From: a virus
DNA length: 64,000 nt
Direction: 5' to 3' (one strand)
IMG/VR virus record: IMGVR_UViG_3300032322_002570
Span: 1-64,000 of that record
Position numbers and translations under genes: made by a program. Position 1 is the first letter of the stretch. Each line of letters opens with the position of its first letter. This document shows, in pieces, positions 41,128 to 51,382 of the stretch. Under the pieces are notes generated by a model. The model searched no databases, was not told the origin of the DNA, and worked only from the letters and a program-made list of their open reading frames with translations.

Positions 41128-42045
41128 CTAGGAGGCTTCTGGGGTAGCGAAGATCGACTCCATGTCTTCGTCGTAATCGTCGCCAATGTACTCTTCAACG
41201 GGAGAGCGGTAGTAGCTTGGCAGTCCCAGCATGGTGGACTGGACCCCTGGTCCGTCCCAGCGATTCTCTTCCAGGCAGCGGCGCAGGCGCATCCTGGCTT
41301 CGCCCGTCTGCCGGTAGGACTCCTCGACGGCGGCGGCGTCTAATGATATAACGCTGCAGTTATACGGCGCCTCGCGCTCGATCGCAACGAAGACGAATTC
41401 GGTCGGCAGGTCATAGCAGGCAGCAACGCCCTCGCTGTACCAGCCCGATTGAAACAGGTAGTTAAGCCCACCAAAGATTTTTTTCTGGAAGACGTCAGGA
41501 TCGGCGCAGTCCGTCGTCTTCAGATCCAGCACCACGGCGCGATCGGGCAACAGCAGCAGGCGATCGACCCGCGCCTTGCACTCGATGTCCTGCTGCCGCC
41601 AGTAGATCGAGACCTCGTTGTACTTGTGGTAATCCGGCTGCGCGGGGTCGAACCACTCCAGCCGCCGAAGCGACTCCGTCATCCCGTGCACGGCATCCCA
41701 CGAGCGCAGCGCATCCGTCCGCGAGAGCGGCGTTCTGCCTTCCTGCTGCGCGCGCCACGCCTTGCCCTCTTTCGTCGTCAACGACAGCCCTTCGGGCTTC
41801 ATCACGTAGCGCTTCTCGAACTCCTCATCGCCCTCCAGGGCCTTGCAGTGGACGGCAGTACCAAGCTCCATCACGGGTGTGGGCGAGAACCTCCGCGTCT
41901 TGGCGCACTGGTAGTGCGCTGGTGACTGCAGGATGTGCTTCAGGACGCTCTGCGACTCACCGGTCGCCTTGCGATACTCGGGCTCAGGCTGGAAGTAGAC
42001 ATGCCTGCCCATCAGGTCCTCGGTGCTTGGTGCTGCCATAGGCAC
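41128..42045 (-). CDS. RecE/exonuclease VIII-like PD-(D/E)XK nuclease
   Basis: SQSVLK, GTAVHC, EVSIYW, CKARVD, DLKTT, YLFQSGWY. Confidence 0.88.
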   Translation of the reverse strand: MPMAAPSTEDLMGRHVYFQPEPEYRKATGESQSVLKHILQSPAHYQCAKTRRFSPTPVMELGTAVHCKALEGDEEFEKRYVMKPEGLSLTTKEGKAWRAQQEGRTPLSRTDALRSWDAVHGMTESLRRLEWFDPAQPDYHKYNEVSIYWRQQDIECKARVDRLLLLPDRAVVLDLKTTDCADPDVFQKKIFGGLNYLFQSGWYSEGVAACYDLPTEFVFVAIEREAPYNCSVISLDAAAVEESYRQTGEARMRLRRCLEENRWDGPGVQSTMLGLPSYYRSPVEEYIGDDYDEDMESIFATPEAS

Positions 42046-42173
42046 AATATATGCAGAGCCAGCCCGCCATGTTCCGGTACCGCTACCGCCATCCAGGGTC
42101 CAGCATGTGGCGCTACGACGTGGCCACCTCGCTGGAGTCGCTTGAGTACGCCAGGCGGGTCTTCAAGGCCTGG

Positions 42174-42629
42174 TCATTCCCGTTTGAAGCCATTTAGCTC
42201 CAGGATCCTGGCCTCCCATGCCGACTCCGCAAGAGAGGTTGGGACCCAGTCGACAACGAGAAGCGGAATGATGCCCAGGCGGTCGTCACCCCAAAGGATA
42301 CCCTCCTCTTTCTGCTTCTTCAGCGGAGCGGCGGCGTCCATAAAGAAACCGGCCAGGTTGTCCGCGTCGCCCCTTGCTTCTCCCTGGACCCTCAAGTAGA
42401 GCCCAACCGGGCCCTCGAGCATCGGCCTCGGCCATTGTGCCTTGAGGTGATCCCTGAACTCCTTGCGCGCATTCTTATACGCAGTGTCCATGTAGGCGTG
42501 GCCAGACTTGGTCAGCCTGGGTCTTTGCTTGAAAGCCATTGGAAGGGGGATCTGCAGCACGTAGTCCGGCTCGAGAATCAGCCGGCTGATCCGGCTCAGT
42601 TCAGCGCTCACGGATGTTCCTCGCGTCAT
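42174..42629 (-). CDS. RusA-like Holliday junction resolvase
   Basis: KQRPR, GDADNLAGFFMDA, WGDD. Confidence 0.75.
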   Translation of the reverse strand: MTRGTSVSAELSRISRLILEPDYVLQIPLPMAFKQRPRLTKSGHAYMDTAYKNARKEFRDHLKAQWPRPMLEGPVGLYLRVQGEARGDADNLAGFFMDAAAPLKKQKEEGILWGDDRLGIIPLLVVDWVPTSLAESAWEARILELNGFKRE

Positions 42630-42885
42630 AGCAGACGACCGTCCGGCGTTCGTTCACAAGTTCGATGATGCAGCGGTCTGGGTAGCAGGCGACGACGGCG
42701 CCAGGCTTCCAGCCGGTGCCCGTATAGACCGAGACGGAATGATGCTTAGTATAGGCACGAAATCGGCCTGGACTGTCTGACATGCGCTCGGATCCCTTTT
42801 GTTTCGGCACCTGCTCGACTGGCTCCTTAACACAGTATATCGTCCCTCCCATGCCGGTATACTAGAGTGTAGATCGACCCGTGCA

Positions 42886-43116
42886 ATGTCCGAAACCCTT
42901 GGTCAGATCGTTCGCGACATTCGCGATCAAATCAGTGGAACCGTCAGCAGCGGCGGAAACTCGATTCCCCCATGGGACTACCGCCAGTTCTCGTACTCCG
43001 GCGGCAACCTGACCACCGTGACCTACAAGAGCGGTGGCGCTGCGGGTGAGGTGGTTGCGGTGCAAACGCTTGCCTATGACGGAAGCGATAAGCTAATCAG
43101 CGAGACCTGGAGCTGA
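42886..43116 (+). CDS. Small virion-region protein
   Basis: ATG 42886; YSGGNLTTVTYKSGG...TLAYDGS. Confidence 0.55.
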   Translation: MSETLGQIVRDIRDQISGTVSSGGNSIPPWDYRQFSYSGGNLTTVTYKSGGAAGEVVAVQTLAYDGSDKLISETWS

Positions 43117-43120
43117 TCTG

Positions 43121-43681
43121 ATGGCCTATCGATTTAACCCTTTTTCCGGCACGCTGGATCTCGTTGGCGAGGGAACGATTGAGTCGGGACTGCAGCCCGG
43201 AGACGAGCTTACGGAACTTGGCAGTGGTGATGCGGCACAGGGACAGGTGCCGGCAGCAGATGGAGAAGGCGGAATCACATGGGAAGATCCGCAGTCGGGC
43301 GGCGTCGTGCAGCGCAGCACCGCCTCCGTGACCCTGACGGCTTTGGCTGGCGGCGCCACTGGCACCGGCACAATCACGCTGCCGAGGGCCTGCACGATCC
43401 TGAGCATCGAGACAAACCGCGCCGGATGGGTGAGGCTCTATGACAGCGCAGCCGCAAGTGCCGCCGACGCGTCACGACTACGAACGGCCGATCCCGGTCC
43501 TGATGATGGCGTGATCGCTGAGGTCATCACTACTGGAGCGGCAACAGCGGTGCCGTCTAACAAGCCTATTGCTGCAAACGCTGAGACGACACCGACTACC
43601 TCCTACCCTGTCAGGGTCACGAATGACGGGGCCACTGGGGATTTCACCGTGACCATTACCCACATCCAAATCCAACCCTGA
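43121..43681 (+). CDS. Cyanophage-type virion/fibre protein
   Basis: MAYRFNPFSG N-terminus; LSIETNRAGWVRLY...DGVIAEVITTG. Confidence 0.65.
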   Translation: MAYRFNPFSGTLDLVGEGTIESGLQPGDELTELGSGDAAQGQVPAADGEGGITWEDPQSGGVVQRSTASVTLTALAGGATGTGTITLPRACTILSIETNRAGWVRLYDSAAASAADASRLRTADPGPDDGVIAEVITTGAATAVPSNKPIAANAETTPTTSYPVRVTNDGATGDFTVTITHIQIQP

Positions 43682-43683
43682 TC

Positions 43684-44673
43684 ATGGCCGTCACCAAGCA
43701 GACCTACACCGCTACCGCCACCTGGACCGCATCAGGGCTGGCAGACATATTCCGCTCGGCATTTATTGATGCTGGCCTGATGACCGAATGGCACGACGCC
43801 TTCCTGTCGGGCTCCATTGAGAACCGTGTCCTTGCCGTTGCATACAACGCAGCCAAGACGTATGGCACAACCTATTACTGGTTCCAGTTCACTACTGGCG
43901 GTGTGTTCTACAGCAACGCAAGCGGGTGGAACGCTGCCAGCGACATCCCCAGCGGGACGCAGTATCTGGACTTCTATGCCACTACGACCAACGCCACGAC
44001 AAACCACGTGCAGCTTCTTGCACTGGCCACAAACACGACCGTAACGCTGACCCGTTACACGTCGAGCAACATGACCTTTTTCCTGTTGCGGAGCGGTTCC
44101 AATAGCTTGCCGTTTTGCATTGACAGTCCTGGCGTCACTTTTCAGTCGTGGGCTGACCTTGACAGGGGCTATCACAACGGTCTTCTAAGAGTGTCCACAG
44201 AGCTAGCAACCACGACAGCGGGCGTTCGATTTTCAACGCTTTTCAGATGCAGAAGGGCCTTCCTGGATGGATGCGTGAACTATGGTAGCACTCTTGTAAA
44301 CAACAACTACAACGACGAAATTCCAATCAGCAAATTTGCTTTCTTTGGCGCAGTTTCAAACAGCCCTAACAACGTTTTTGGCGCATCTTCTCCAGAATCG
44401 GGATTGGCGCTCCCATACGCGACAACCGCTGGGAACCCGGCATTTGCTGCCGGGTTCTCTCCTGTTTATACGGGACTCCAGCTTCAATCGGTTCTTTCTA
44501 GCACGATGCCAGACGACTTTGGGATCTTCGCTTCCAGGGCTGTCAACACCTGGTCGGTTCAGGACACACTGACCGTTACCGCTGGCGTCGAAGAGTATGA
44601 GGTTCTTTCCCGAGCCAACGGCGCTGGCGTTGCCGGGCAACCTTCTGCACTCGTGCTTGCGAGGACCGTCTGA
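43684..44673 (+). CDS. Putative tail fibre/virion protein
   Basis: MAVTKQTYTATATWTA...FIDAGLMTEW; Thr/Ser-rich beta-structured sequence. Confidence 0.6.
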   Translation: MAVTKQTYTATATWTASGLADIFRSAFIDAGLMTEWHDAFLSGSIENRVLAVAYNAAKTYGTTYYWFQFTTGGVFYSNASGWNAASDIPSGTQYLDFYATTTNATTNHVQLLALATNTTVTLTRYTSSNMTFFLLRSGSNSLPFCIDSPGVTFQSWADLDRGYHNGLLRVSTELATTTAGVRFSTLFRCRRAFLDGCVNYGSTLVNNNYNDEIPISKFAFFGAVSNSPNNVFGASSPESGLALPYATTAGNPAFAAGFSPVYTGLQLQSVLSSTMPDDFGIFASRAVNTWSVQDTLTVTAGVEEYEVLSRANGAGVAGQPSALVLARTV

Positions 44674-44901
44674 TGCCTGAATCCATTACACCAGCAGCAG
44701 GAATCAGCACCAGACCCGCTGCGACTGAAACCCTGTCAAGTTTTGCTCCCGACCTTGGTGGCACTGAGCAGCTTGACCGAGTTGCGTTCGATGCCCCATC
44801 CGGGCCCGGCCCCGAGCCGACTCGCCCTGCTGCAGGTTGGATATTCCCGAGAGGCTTATCTCTCTAGTTGCCGCACTCGTTCTGTTTCCTGACTCATTCC
44901 A

Positions 44902-47900
44902 ATGGCTTCCGATCTGATCCAGTTCATTCAGTCAAGCCTCTCTGAGGCGCAGGCAACAGAGGCTACGCTCGCCGCCCGCATTGCTGATCTCGACGCAGCA
45001 AACACCGAAATCGCGGAACTCGAGGCCGAGCTTGCGGCGGCCCAAGAACGCATCAGGGAGCTTGAAGCCCTCCAGAACAAAGTCCCCGTAGGCGGTGCTG
45101 ACACGCTGGCCGCTACTCAGGATACCCGGGTCACTTACTCAGCGGCTCAGCTACTCGCAAACGACAGTGACGCTGATCCCGGCGATGTGCTCAGGATCGC
45201 CAGCGTTGCCAGCGGCACTGGTGGAGCAGTGGTGCTCAATGCGGACGGTACCGTTACGTTTACGCCCGCTGCTGGCTTTAGTGGCGCCGCAAGTTTCGTC
45301 TACACCGTCACCGATGGGAAAGCGGCTTCCGCCTCTGTCAGCGTGACCGTGAACGTTGCCCCTGCTACCCCGCCAACTGCCAGACAGACCATTCTCACCA
45401 CCCAAGTTCCGGTTGACCTGAATCGCAGTGATAACCAACCGTGGGAGGTTGGTGTTCGATTCACAACTGCTGTTGATGGTCTGATTACCGCAATTCGTTT
45501 CTTCAAGAGCGCTGGTGAAACCGGCACTCGCACCGGCAAGTTGTGGACTGACAGTGCGCAGCTTGGATCTGTTGCATTTGCCAACGAAACTGCATCTGGC
45601 TGGCAGGAGCAGGCGTTTTCGACTCCAATCCAGGTTCGTGCAGGGACTGTCTACACGGCAAGCGTAAACATCAACCGTTTCTACACGGCGACCAACAACG
45701 GATTTGCTTCCGCAATCACAAACGGAAGCTTGACGGCTCCTGTCCAGGCCGGTCGTTACGGCGGCACTGTAAACGCTCGTCCGAACGCCATCTTTGCCAA
45801 TCAGAACTACTTTGTCGATGTGGTGTTCGTTGCGCAAGAGCAGCCAACAACAGCACTGGATTTTTCAATTCAGGGCGAAGCCGATGCGGCGCAGTTTCTG
45901 CGCACCGCCACCATGGGGCCAACGCTAAGCGAAATCACTACGCTGGCAGCGTCCAACAACGCAGAAAGCTGGTTCGATGCTCAGGTTGCAGCCAGTTATG
46001 ACGGCAGCCAATTTGCCGAATGGACACCGGGCGCCAGTGGCAAGTTCACCAGGAAACCGGGCTGGATCGCTCAGGTCAACTCATGGATGACGCTTCCCCG
46101 TGGCGAAGCGTTCTCAAACGAGGGCATCGACTCTGGCGAGGGTCACGCCGACAGACCGCAGCGGCAATGGTATAACTATCGAATGATTGACACGGGCTTA
46201 CTTTACAACAACCCGCCTGTTGGTGGATTGTGCAACCCAACAAGTGCTGCTGCTCCCAGGGCGCCGCAGAAATCGCTGATGCTGCGGCTGTCGTGGATTA
46301 TGTCGAAGTTCATTGTGACTTCAATTCCTGGCGGAGGTGTAGAGCGGACTAGGTATGACGGTCCAGCCTGGTACGAACTGATCTCCCGCCACGTATTCGG
46401 CAACTACGCCGACTTCCTGGAAGAAGTAACGTACTCTTTCCCAATGGCCAAAATGTTGACCCATTACGCAAATGCGCGTGGGCCGCAGGCCGATCAAAAC
46501 TTCGCGCGAGAAATCGTGCAACTAATGACCATGGGCATTTGGTCGCTCAACGACGGCGGTGTGCCGTTGCTCGATCAGAGCGGTCAGCGAGTGCCCAATT
46601 ATGTCAACCAGGATATTGTTGAGCTTTCCAAGGTCTACACCGGACTGGTGCATCCGTGGTTGCTGAATGAGCAGGTTTACTACCAGGATCCAGCTCCTGA
46701 GATTTTCCGTGCCGGCTTCTCGCTGACCACGGATCAAAGATGGATTAGGGATCATTTCGGTGCACACTTTAGAGGTGTTTCTGGCAACGACCGCGTTAGC
46801 CGCTCAAACGAGATTGACGTTCGATTCACTAACTACGGCTATCGCAAGCCCCTCAGCCGTGTTGAAGCGGGCAAACGGTATCGGATTGCCAGCGTCAGCA
46901 ATGGCGCTGCGTTCGCGTCCATAGGTGCCGACAGCACTCCGGCTGTCGGAGAGGTGTTTCTGGCAACGGCTGATGGCACGTCCGCCATGGTCAGCGCGGG
47001 GCTTGTCGAAGAGCAGCACATCAGCTTCGCCGGCTCCTATCCGCGCCTTAAAATCTCTGCAGGACTGCATGATTTTGGTGCGGTTTCAATCCCGCGATTC
47101 AACATCAACATCCCTGCTGGCACTGATCCAGAGACTGAAATCCGCCTGGTCACGAAAGCGCTGGTCAACCATCCCAGCACTGCACCCTATGTCTGCACAC
47201 GGCTGATTCGTTTCGCTACTACAGCCAATCCATCACCGGGCTACGTGTCTCGGGTTGTTCGGGTGTTCCGCGACAACGTAGACAACCCGCAGCAAATGGC
47301 CGCTGTGTGGAAAGCAATTCTGTTTGATCCAGAAGTGAGAACAGGCACCCGCACCAATGCTGCCAATTTTGGCAGGCTGCGTGATCCGTATGAACTGTTT
47401 ACCGGCCTGATTCGCCCGCTCGGATTTACGTCTCATCATACCAGCGACCGAAACGAAGTTGCCTGCTTCTACCGTGGGCCCGGAAATCAAAATGGGATGG
47501 CCCCTGCTGTTGCTCCTAGTAACAAGCAGGCTGGATTCCTATTTGTTACGGAGCGGGATGATGATGACTGGGACGCTCAGGTGTTGCTCGGTGTTTATCC
47601 CACCAGGGCGCCATCAATTTTTGGACACTACCCGCCTGACGGGACAATGCCAGGGGACACTGAAATCCTGTCTCCAGAATCAATCCTTTATACGCCTGGC
47701 CGCCTAAGTAGCGTCAGCAGAGTGCTGGAGCGGCTGATCAGCTTCGGGCCAAACGCATACCGCACGATTAACCGATCTGCGGTTGACCAGCCGATTTTGG
47801 TTGGCAGCTTGGCTCCAATCACGTATGACTGGTTGCCGACCAGTACACCGGCGGCTCTGGTAAACAGGCTTGATCTGCTGCTGACCGGCGGGCGTACACC

Positions 47901-48012
47901 CGCTAATCGGCAACAGGAAATTATCACGGCAATCACGCCTTTAAGCGGTGAAAACCGTGTCGGCTTGGTCGCACAGACCCTGATCAATTCCCCAGACTTC
48001 TATCGCCAGTGA
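44902..48012 (+). CDS. Fusion protein: coiled coil + cadherin-like Ig + DUF4082 + DUF1800
   Basis: LLANDSDAD...TFTPAAGFSGAASFVYTVTDG (Ig); EVGVRF...SGWQ...NYFVDVVF (DUF4082); AAQFLRTATMGPT, NFAREIVQLMTMG, HPSTAPYV, AILFDPE, GRLRDP (DUF1800). Confidence 0.85.
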   Translation: MASDLIQFIQSSLSEAQATEATLAARIADLDAANTEIAELEAELAAAQERIRELEALQNKVPVGGADTLAATQDTRVTYSAAQLLANDSDADPGDVLRIASVASGTGGAVVLNADGTVTFTPAAGFSGAASFVYTVTDGKAASASVSVTVNVAPATPPTARQTILTTQVPVDLNRSDNQPWEVGVRFTTAVDGLITAIRFFKSAGETGTRTGKLWTDSAQLGSVAFANETASGWQEQAFSTPIQVRAGTVYTASVNINRFYTATNNGFASAITNGSLTAPVQAGRYGGTVNARPNAIFANQNYFVDVVFVAQEQPTTALDFSIQGEADAAQFLRTATMGPTLSEITTLAASNNAESWFDAQVAASYDGSQFAEWTPGASGKFTRKPGWIAQVNSWMTLPRGEAFSNEGIDSGEGHADRPQRQWYNYRMIDTGLLYNNPPVGGLCNPTSAAAPRAPQKSLMLRLSWIMSKFIVTSIPGGGVERTRYDGPAWYELISRHVFGNYADFLEEVTYSFPMAKMLTHYANARGPQADQNFAREIVQLMTMGIWSLNDGGVPLLDQSGQRVPNYVNQDIVELSKVYTGLVHPWLLNEQVYYQDPAPEIFRAGFSLTTDQRWIRDHFGAHFRGVSGNDRVSRSNEIDVRFTNYGYRKPLSRVEAGKRYRIASVSNGAAFASIGADSTPAVGEVFLATADGTSAMVSAGLVEEQHISFAGSYPRLKISAGLHDFGAVSIPRFNINIPAGTDPETEIRLVTKALVNHPSTAPYVCTRLIRFATTANPSPGYVSRVVRVFRDNVDNPQQMAAVWKAILFDPEVRTGTRTNAANFGRLRDPYELFTGLIRPLGFTSHHTSDRNEVACFYRGPGNQNGMAPAVAPSNKQAGFLFVTERDDDDWDAQVLLGVYPTRAPSIFGHYPPDGTMPGDTEILSPESILYTPGRLSSVSRVLERLISFGPNAYRTINRSAVDQPILVGSLAPITYDWLPTSTPAALVNRLDLLLTGGRTPANRQQEIITAITPLSGENRVGLVAQTLINSPDFYRQ

Positions 48013-49349
48013 TTGCCATGACTTTCTCACCTGAACTCAAGGCGTCTCTGGCGCCACTCCGCCCAAGTGACTTTAAGGTTATCATCTGCTTCTTTGCCTT
48101 TGGTGGCCGCGATTCGCACAATGAGTTAGTCCCACGTAGCGGGAACAATCTGAGCCGGTACAATGAAGCCCGCCCCGGTGGCTTGCGCATTGAGCAATCG
48201 GAACTGCTTTCTCTGAATGGAAATAGCGCATGGGGATTGCACCCAAATATGGGCTATTTCCGAGATCAGTGGAACGCAAACAGATTGGCTGTGCTGCGTC
48301 ATGTAGGCATCCTGAACGAACCCGCCACCAGGACGCAACTACGTGAACAGCCGAGCCGGTACGAACCGCAGTTTCTTGGAGCGCATGACGCGCAGTGGGA
48401 GCAGTGGCAGGACGGCCTGGAGTTTCGCTCAGTAGCTCGGACTACTGGCTGGATGGGGCGACTCGCTTCGCTCCTTGAGGGAGTCTGGAACGTGCCAACT
48501 GCAGCAGCAGACAACGATCTGATGCTGAGCTGTGTATCCATCGGTGGCCTCAGTCGGCAACAAAGGGCATTTCCGCCTGACGGCTCTGTAGCGCTGCCAG
48601 TGGAAGCCAGGCCCGGAGCATTTGGGTATGGCTCCAGCCAGGCAACTCGCCTGCGAGAGCTTTTCACCGAGGCCGAAGGTGCTGGGCTGCCTGCTGCTGT
48701 TGACGCCAACCGCATTAGGCAGGGCTGGAAGCGTCAGGCACAAAAAAACCTAGCGGCTCCTGGGTTTATTCAAGGCCAGCTTCGCGCATTGCCCCAAGCT
48801 GTATCTGATGCTCTGGCCCCTGCGCCGCAGCTCCGCCCGATAGCCCAGGCGATCTACACAGCCCAACAGAATCAGGCACTTGGCATCAGGCGACTAGTCG
48901 CTTTTGTGCCAATCGGCGGCTGGGATCACCATGCAAACCTGCGGCCTCAGCATGATCCGCTGATTCTCGGCCTCAACAATTCTATGGCAGCGATGGCAGC
49001 GGCCATCAACGCCATGGGGCTTACGAACAGCGCGGTGCTTTGCACACAGAGCGAATTTGGCCGCACATTCCGTGGCAACAGCAACGCAGGTACAGACCAC
49101 GCATGGGCGGGCCATCAGTTTGTGATGGGCGGGCCAGTCATTGGAGGCATGTATGGCCCTGAGCCGAATTACGCCCCTACCGGCGAACACGTTGCTGACG
49201 ACAGCGGCAACATTTTTATTCCGCAGATCAGCACGGATCAGTATTACGCTACGCTGCTGCGGTGGTTCGGCTTACCAGTGGATGCCATCAACGCTGTGCT
49301 GCCAGGGGCTTCGCGGTTTACACCCCAAACCCTGAACTTTGTGCCTTAG
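48009..49349 (+). CDS. DUF1501 family protein, no Tat signal
   Basis: FGGRDSHN, GLHP, GWMGR, GGWDHH, SEFGRT, GTDHAW, GGPVIGG, STDQYYATLLRWFG. Confidence 0.88.
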   Translation: MIAMTFSPELKASLAPLRPSDFKVIICFFAFGGRDSHNELVPRSGNNLSRYNEARPGGLRIEQSELLSLNGNSAWGLHPNMGYFRDQWNANRLAVLRHVGILNEPATRTQLREQPSRYEPQFLGAHDAQWEQWQDGLEFRSVARTTGWMGRLASLLEGVWNVPTAAADNDLMLSCVSIGGLSRQQRAFPPDGSVALPVEARPGAFGYGSSQATRLRELFTEAEGAGLPAAVDANRIRQGWKRQAQKNLAAPGFIQGQLRALPQAVSDALAPAPQLRPIAQAIYTAQQNQALGIRRLVAFVPIGGWDHHANLRPQHDPLILGLNNSMAAMAAAINAMGLTNSAVLCTQSEFGRTFRGNSNAGTDHAWAGHQFVMGGPVIGGMYGPEPNYAPTGEHVADDSGNIFIPQISTDQYYATLLRWFGLPVDAINAVLPGASRFTPQTLNFVP

Positions 49350-49503
49350 CGAACCGACGACCTGACCTGTCATGGTACGGCTGCGTCCGAGCCGCCTGCC
49401 AGCGGCTCCCAATAAAAGACCGGCACGCGCCCGTGACTCGGAATAATATAGTGATGGGGCCTAACCTCTACGAGGCACATCGTCGTTCTCCGCTACTACT
49501 CCA

Positions 49504-49896
49504 ATGACTGCTCGCTCTACTTATCCGATTCGCGAGGGCTTTCATCTCGACGCGAACTCCCAGATCACCACTCAAGCCAAGGACCTGGGCTACGACCTGG
49601 GCACCGTTGGCACCATCCGCCTGATCGTGCTCGACGCCACTGTGGTGGCCCCTACCGGCAATGGCACCGGAGCCAGTATCCAACTGCAGGATGCCGATGA
49701 TTCCAACGCGGTGTTCTTCACCATCACGCAGGCCGACCTGGCCAATGCTGATGCCAACGGCGTCTACATCGACCACCTCCGTGGCGCCAAATTTGATGGC
49801 ATCCGGAATGTGAGGATGGCCTATGTCGCTGGGTCCGCCGGTACCGGCACTGCTGGCGCCATCACCGGCTTCAGCGTCTACCTTGATCGCGTCTGA
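49504..49896 (+). CDS. Putative capsid decoration/virion protein
   Basis: 130-aa beta-rich protein with strongly biased codons, followed by a terminator. Confidence 0.45.
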   Translation: MTARSTYPIREGFHLDANSQITTQAKDLGYDLGTVGTIRLIVLDATVVAPTGNGTGASIQLQDADDSNAVFFTITQADLANADANGVYIDHLRGAKFDGIRNVRMAYVAGSAGTGTAGAITGFSVYLDRV

Positions 49897-49914
49897 TCGC
49901 TAAAGGCGCACACT

Positions 49915-49940
49915 GGCCCGCCTAAACAGCGGGCTTCTGT
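49915..49940 (+). terminator. Probable intrinsic terminator
   Basis: GGCCCGC-CTAAACA-GCGGGCT-TCTGT. Confidence 0.5.
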
Positions 49941-49974
49941 GTAGGTATACTACCCCAGAACATATCCAGTCGAC

Positions 49975-50583
49975 ATGCACATCTACGGCGCACCGGTCTA
50001 CTACCGTAAAGAACTCGAAGACGGCAGAGTCCTTCGCCGTCGGGTGTTCTACCTGCAGGAAGCATCAGAGCTGGAAGGCCTCGGTTGGGAGCGTGGGAAC
50101 AAGCCCAAAGAGGAAGAGAGCGATACCCAGACCGAGCCCCAAGAGCAGGAAGAGCCCGATCCCGCGCCCAGCCCCGAACCAGCCGCCGAAGAGGTACTGG
50201 TGCCAGGGGTTGAAGACGACACCTTTGAAGCCGACGAGCAGATCGAAGAAAAGCAGCCGACCGAACTCGAGTTCATGAGCAAGGCTGAGCTGATTGAATA
50301 CGGCCGGAAGATCGGTGCTCCGGTCAGCGCATCGATGAACAAGCAGGCAATCGTGGATACGCTGAAGAAAGCCGAACCGCGCTTCCTGTATCCCGATAAA
50401 TGGGCGCCGCCCAAGAAGGCAAAGCGCTTTGACCGCATCACCGCCCCAGACGGCTCCGAATGGATCTTCGATCAGCCGCGCCTCGAGGATGGTCGCTACG
50501 AGCACGACGATCCGACGACCCCTGAGTTCGAGTCTGCGCTGACCTGGATGCCGTTCGAGGAAGTCGATGGAAGTGACGTATAG
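49975..50583 (+). CDS. Acidic head-region protein with a Rho-N/HeH-like helix pair
   Basis: MSKAELIEYG...MNKQAIV; RLEDGRYEHDDPTTP motif. Confidence 0.5.
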   Translation: MHIYGAPVYYRKELEDGRVLRRRVFYLQEASELEGLGWERGNKPKEEESDTQTEPQEQEEPDPAPSPEPAAEEVLVPGVEDDTFEADEQIEEKQPTELEFMSKAELIEYGRKIGAPVSASMNKQAIVDTLKKAEPRFLYPDKWAPPKKAKRFDRITAPDGSEWIFDQPRLEDGRYEHDDPTTPEFESALTWMPFEEVDGSDV

Positions 50584-50778
50584 CCAAGGGCCCCGGATCC
50601 TGGATGACGGAACAAACCTGGACCGGGACATTCTGGCAAGCCACCCAAGGACCAGCAGACGTCAGATCTCTGATCCTGTCTCCGACGGGTCGCTTGGAGA
50701 GCCCGGCTACGAACCTGGGCAGAAGAATCTCGATGGTTCCCTTCTCTAGGGAACACTAAACGGTAAAGAGGACGCGCA

Positions 50779-51117
50779 GTGGCTGCCACCATTTCACACA
50801 AACGAGGTGATACGTTCGAGTGGTATCTTGAGCTACCAGCCGACGAGTACGAGGATGGGTACTTTGTGGGCTGGACAGTCGCATCGCAGATCCGCAACAC
50901 GAAAGGAAGGCTTGTAGCGGAACTTAGCACGTCCTGGGGTACCCCAGCGGAGAATACTCGAGTGCTTAGGCTGTTCGCCGCCGATACGGCCGGATGGCCG
51001 CTTGGTGACCACGAGGCAGATGTCCAGTTCACACGTGAATCCGACGGATTTATTAAGTCGACTGAAACGTTCATAGTCTCCGTCGGGAAGGACGTAACCA
51101 TTACCGAAAATGGCTGA
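50779..51117 (+). CDS. BppU-N-like baseplate/tail adaptor
   Basis: KRGDTF...GWTVASQIR...DVQFT...STETF. Confidence 0.6.
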   Translation: MAATISHKRGDTFEWYLELPADEYEDGYFVGWTVASQIRNTKGRLVAELSTSWGTPAENTRVLRLFAADTAGWPLGDHEADVQFTRESDGFIKSTETFIVSVGKDVTITENG

Positions 51118-51341
51118 CAATCCAATACCGATTCGATTTGTCTCGTCAGGGCAGCCGATTCCGATCGAGATAAGCCCGTCAAGTGGAACCATCGAGCCAA
51201 CTGCGGCGATGACAAGCGCGGTTAAAGGGGAGAGAGGGGACCCTGGCATACATATCGGGCCAGAGCCACCCGAGAACACCTCCATCCTGTGGCTTGATAC
51301 TGGATCAACATAGACAAGTTGCCTCTGTAGCCAGGGTGAGC

Positions 51342-51351
51342 GGAATACTAA
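51342..51351 (+). promoter_or_regulatory. Putative phage-sigma late promoter GGAATACTAA (representative)
   Basis: GGWANACTA also at 42856, 49944, 50750, 54744 and 55643 (+) and at 26833 and 31797 (-). Confidence 0.6.
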
Positions 51352-51382
51352 GAAGGCACCCGGCTTTGCTGCATCCTGACAC

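Noticed and set aside
25664-42399. Many long plus-strand ORFs opposite portal, RNR, primase, terL and thyX
   Set aside because: Antisense shadows typical of high-GC coding sequence; no recognisable motifs
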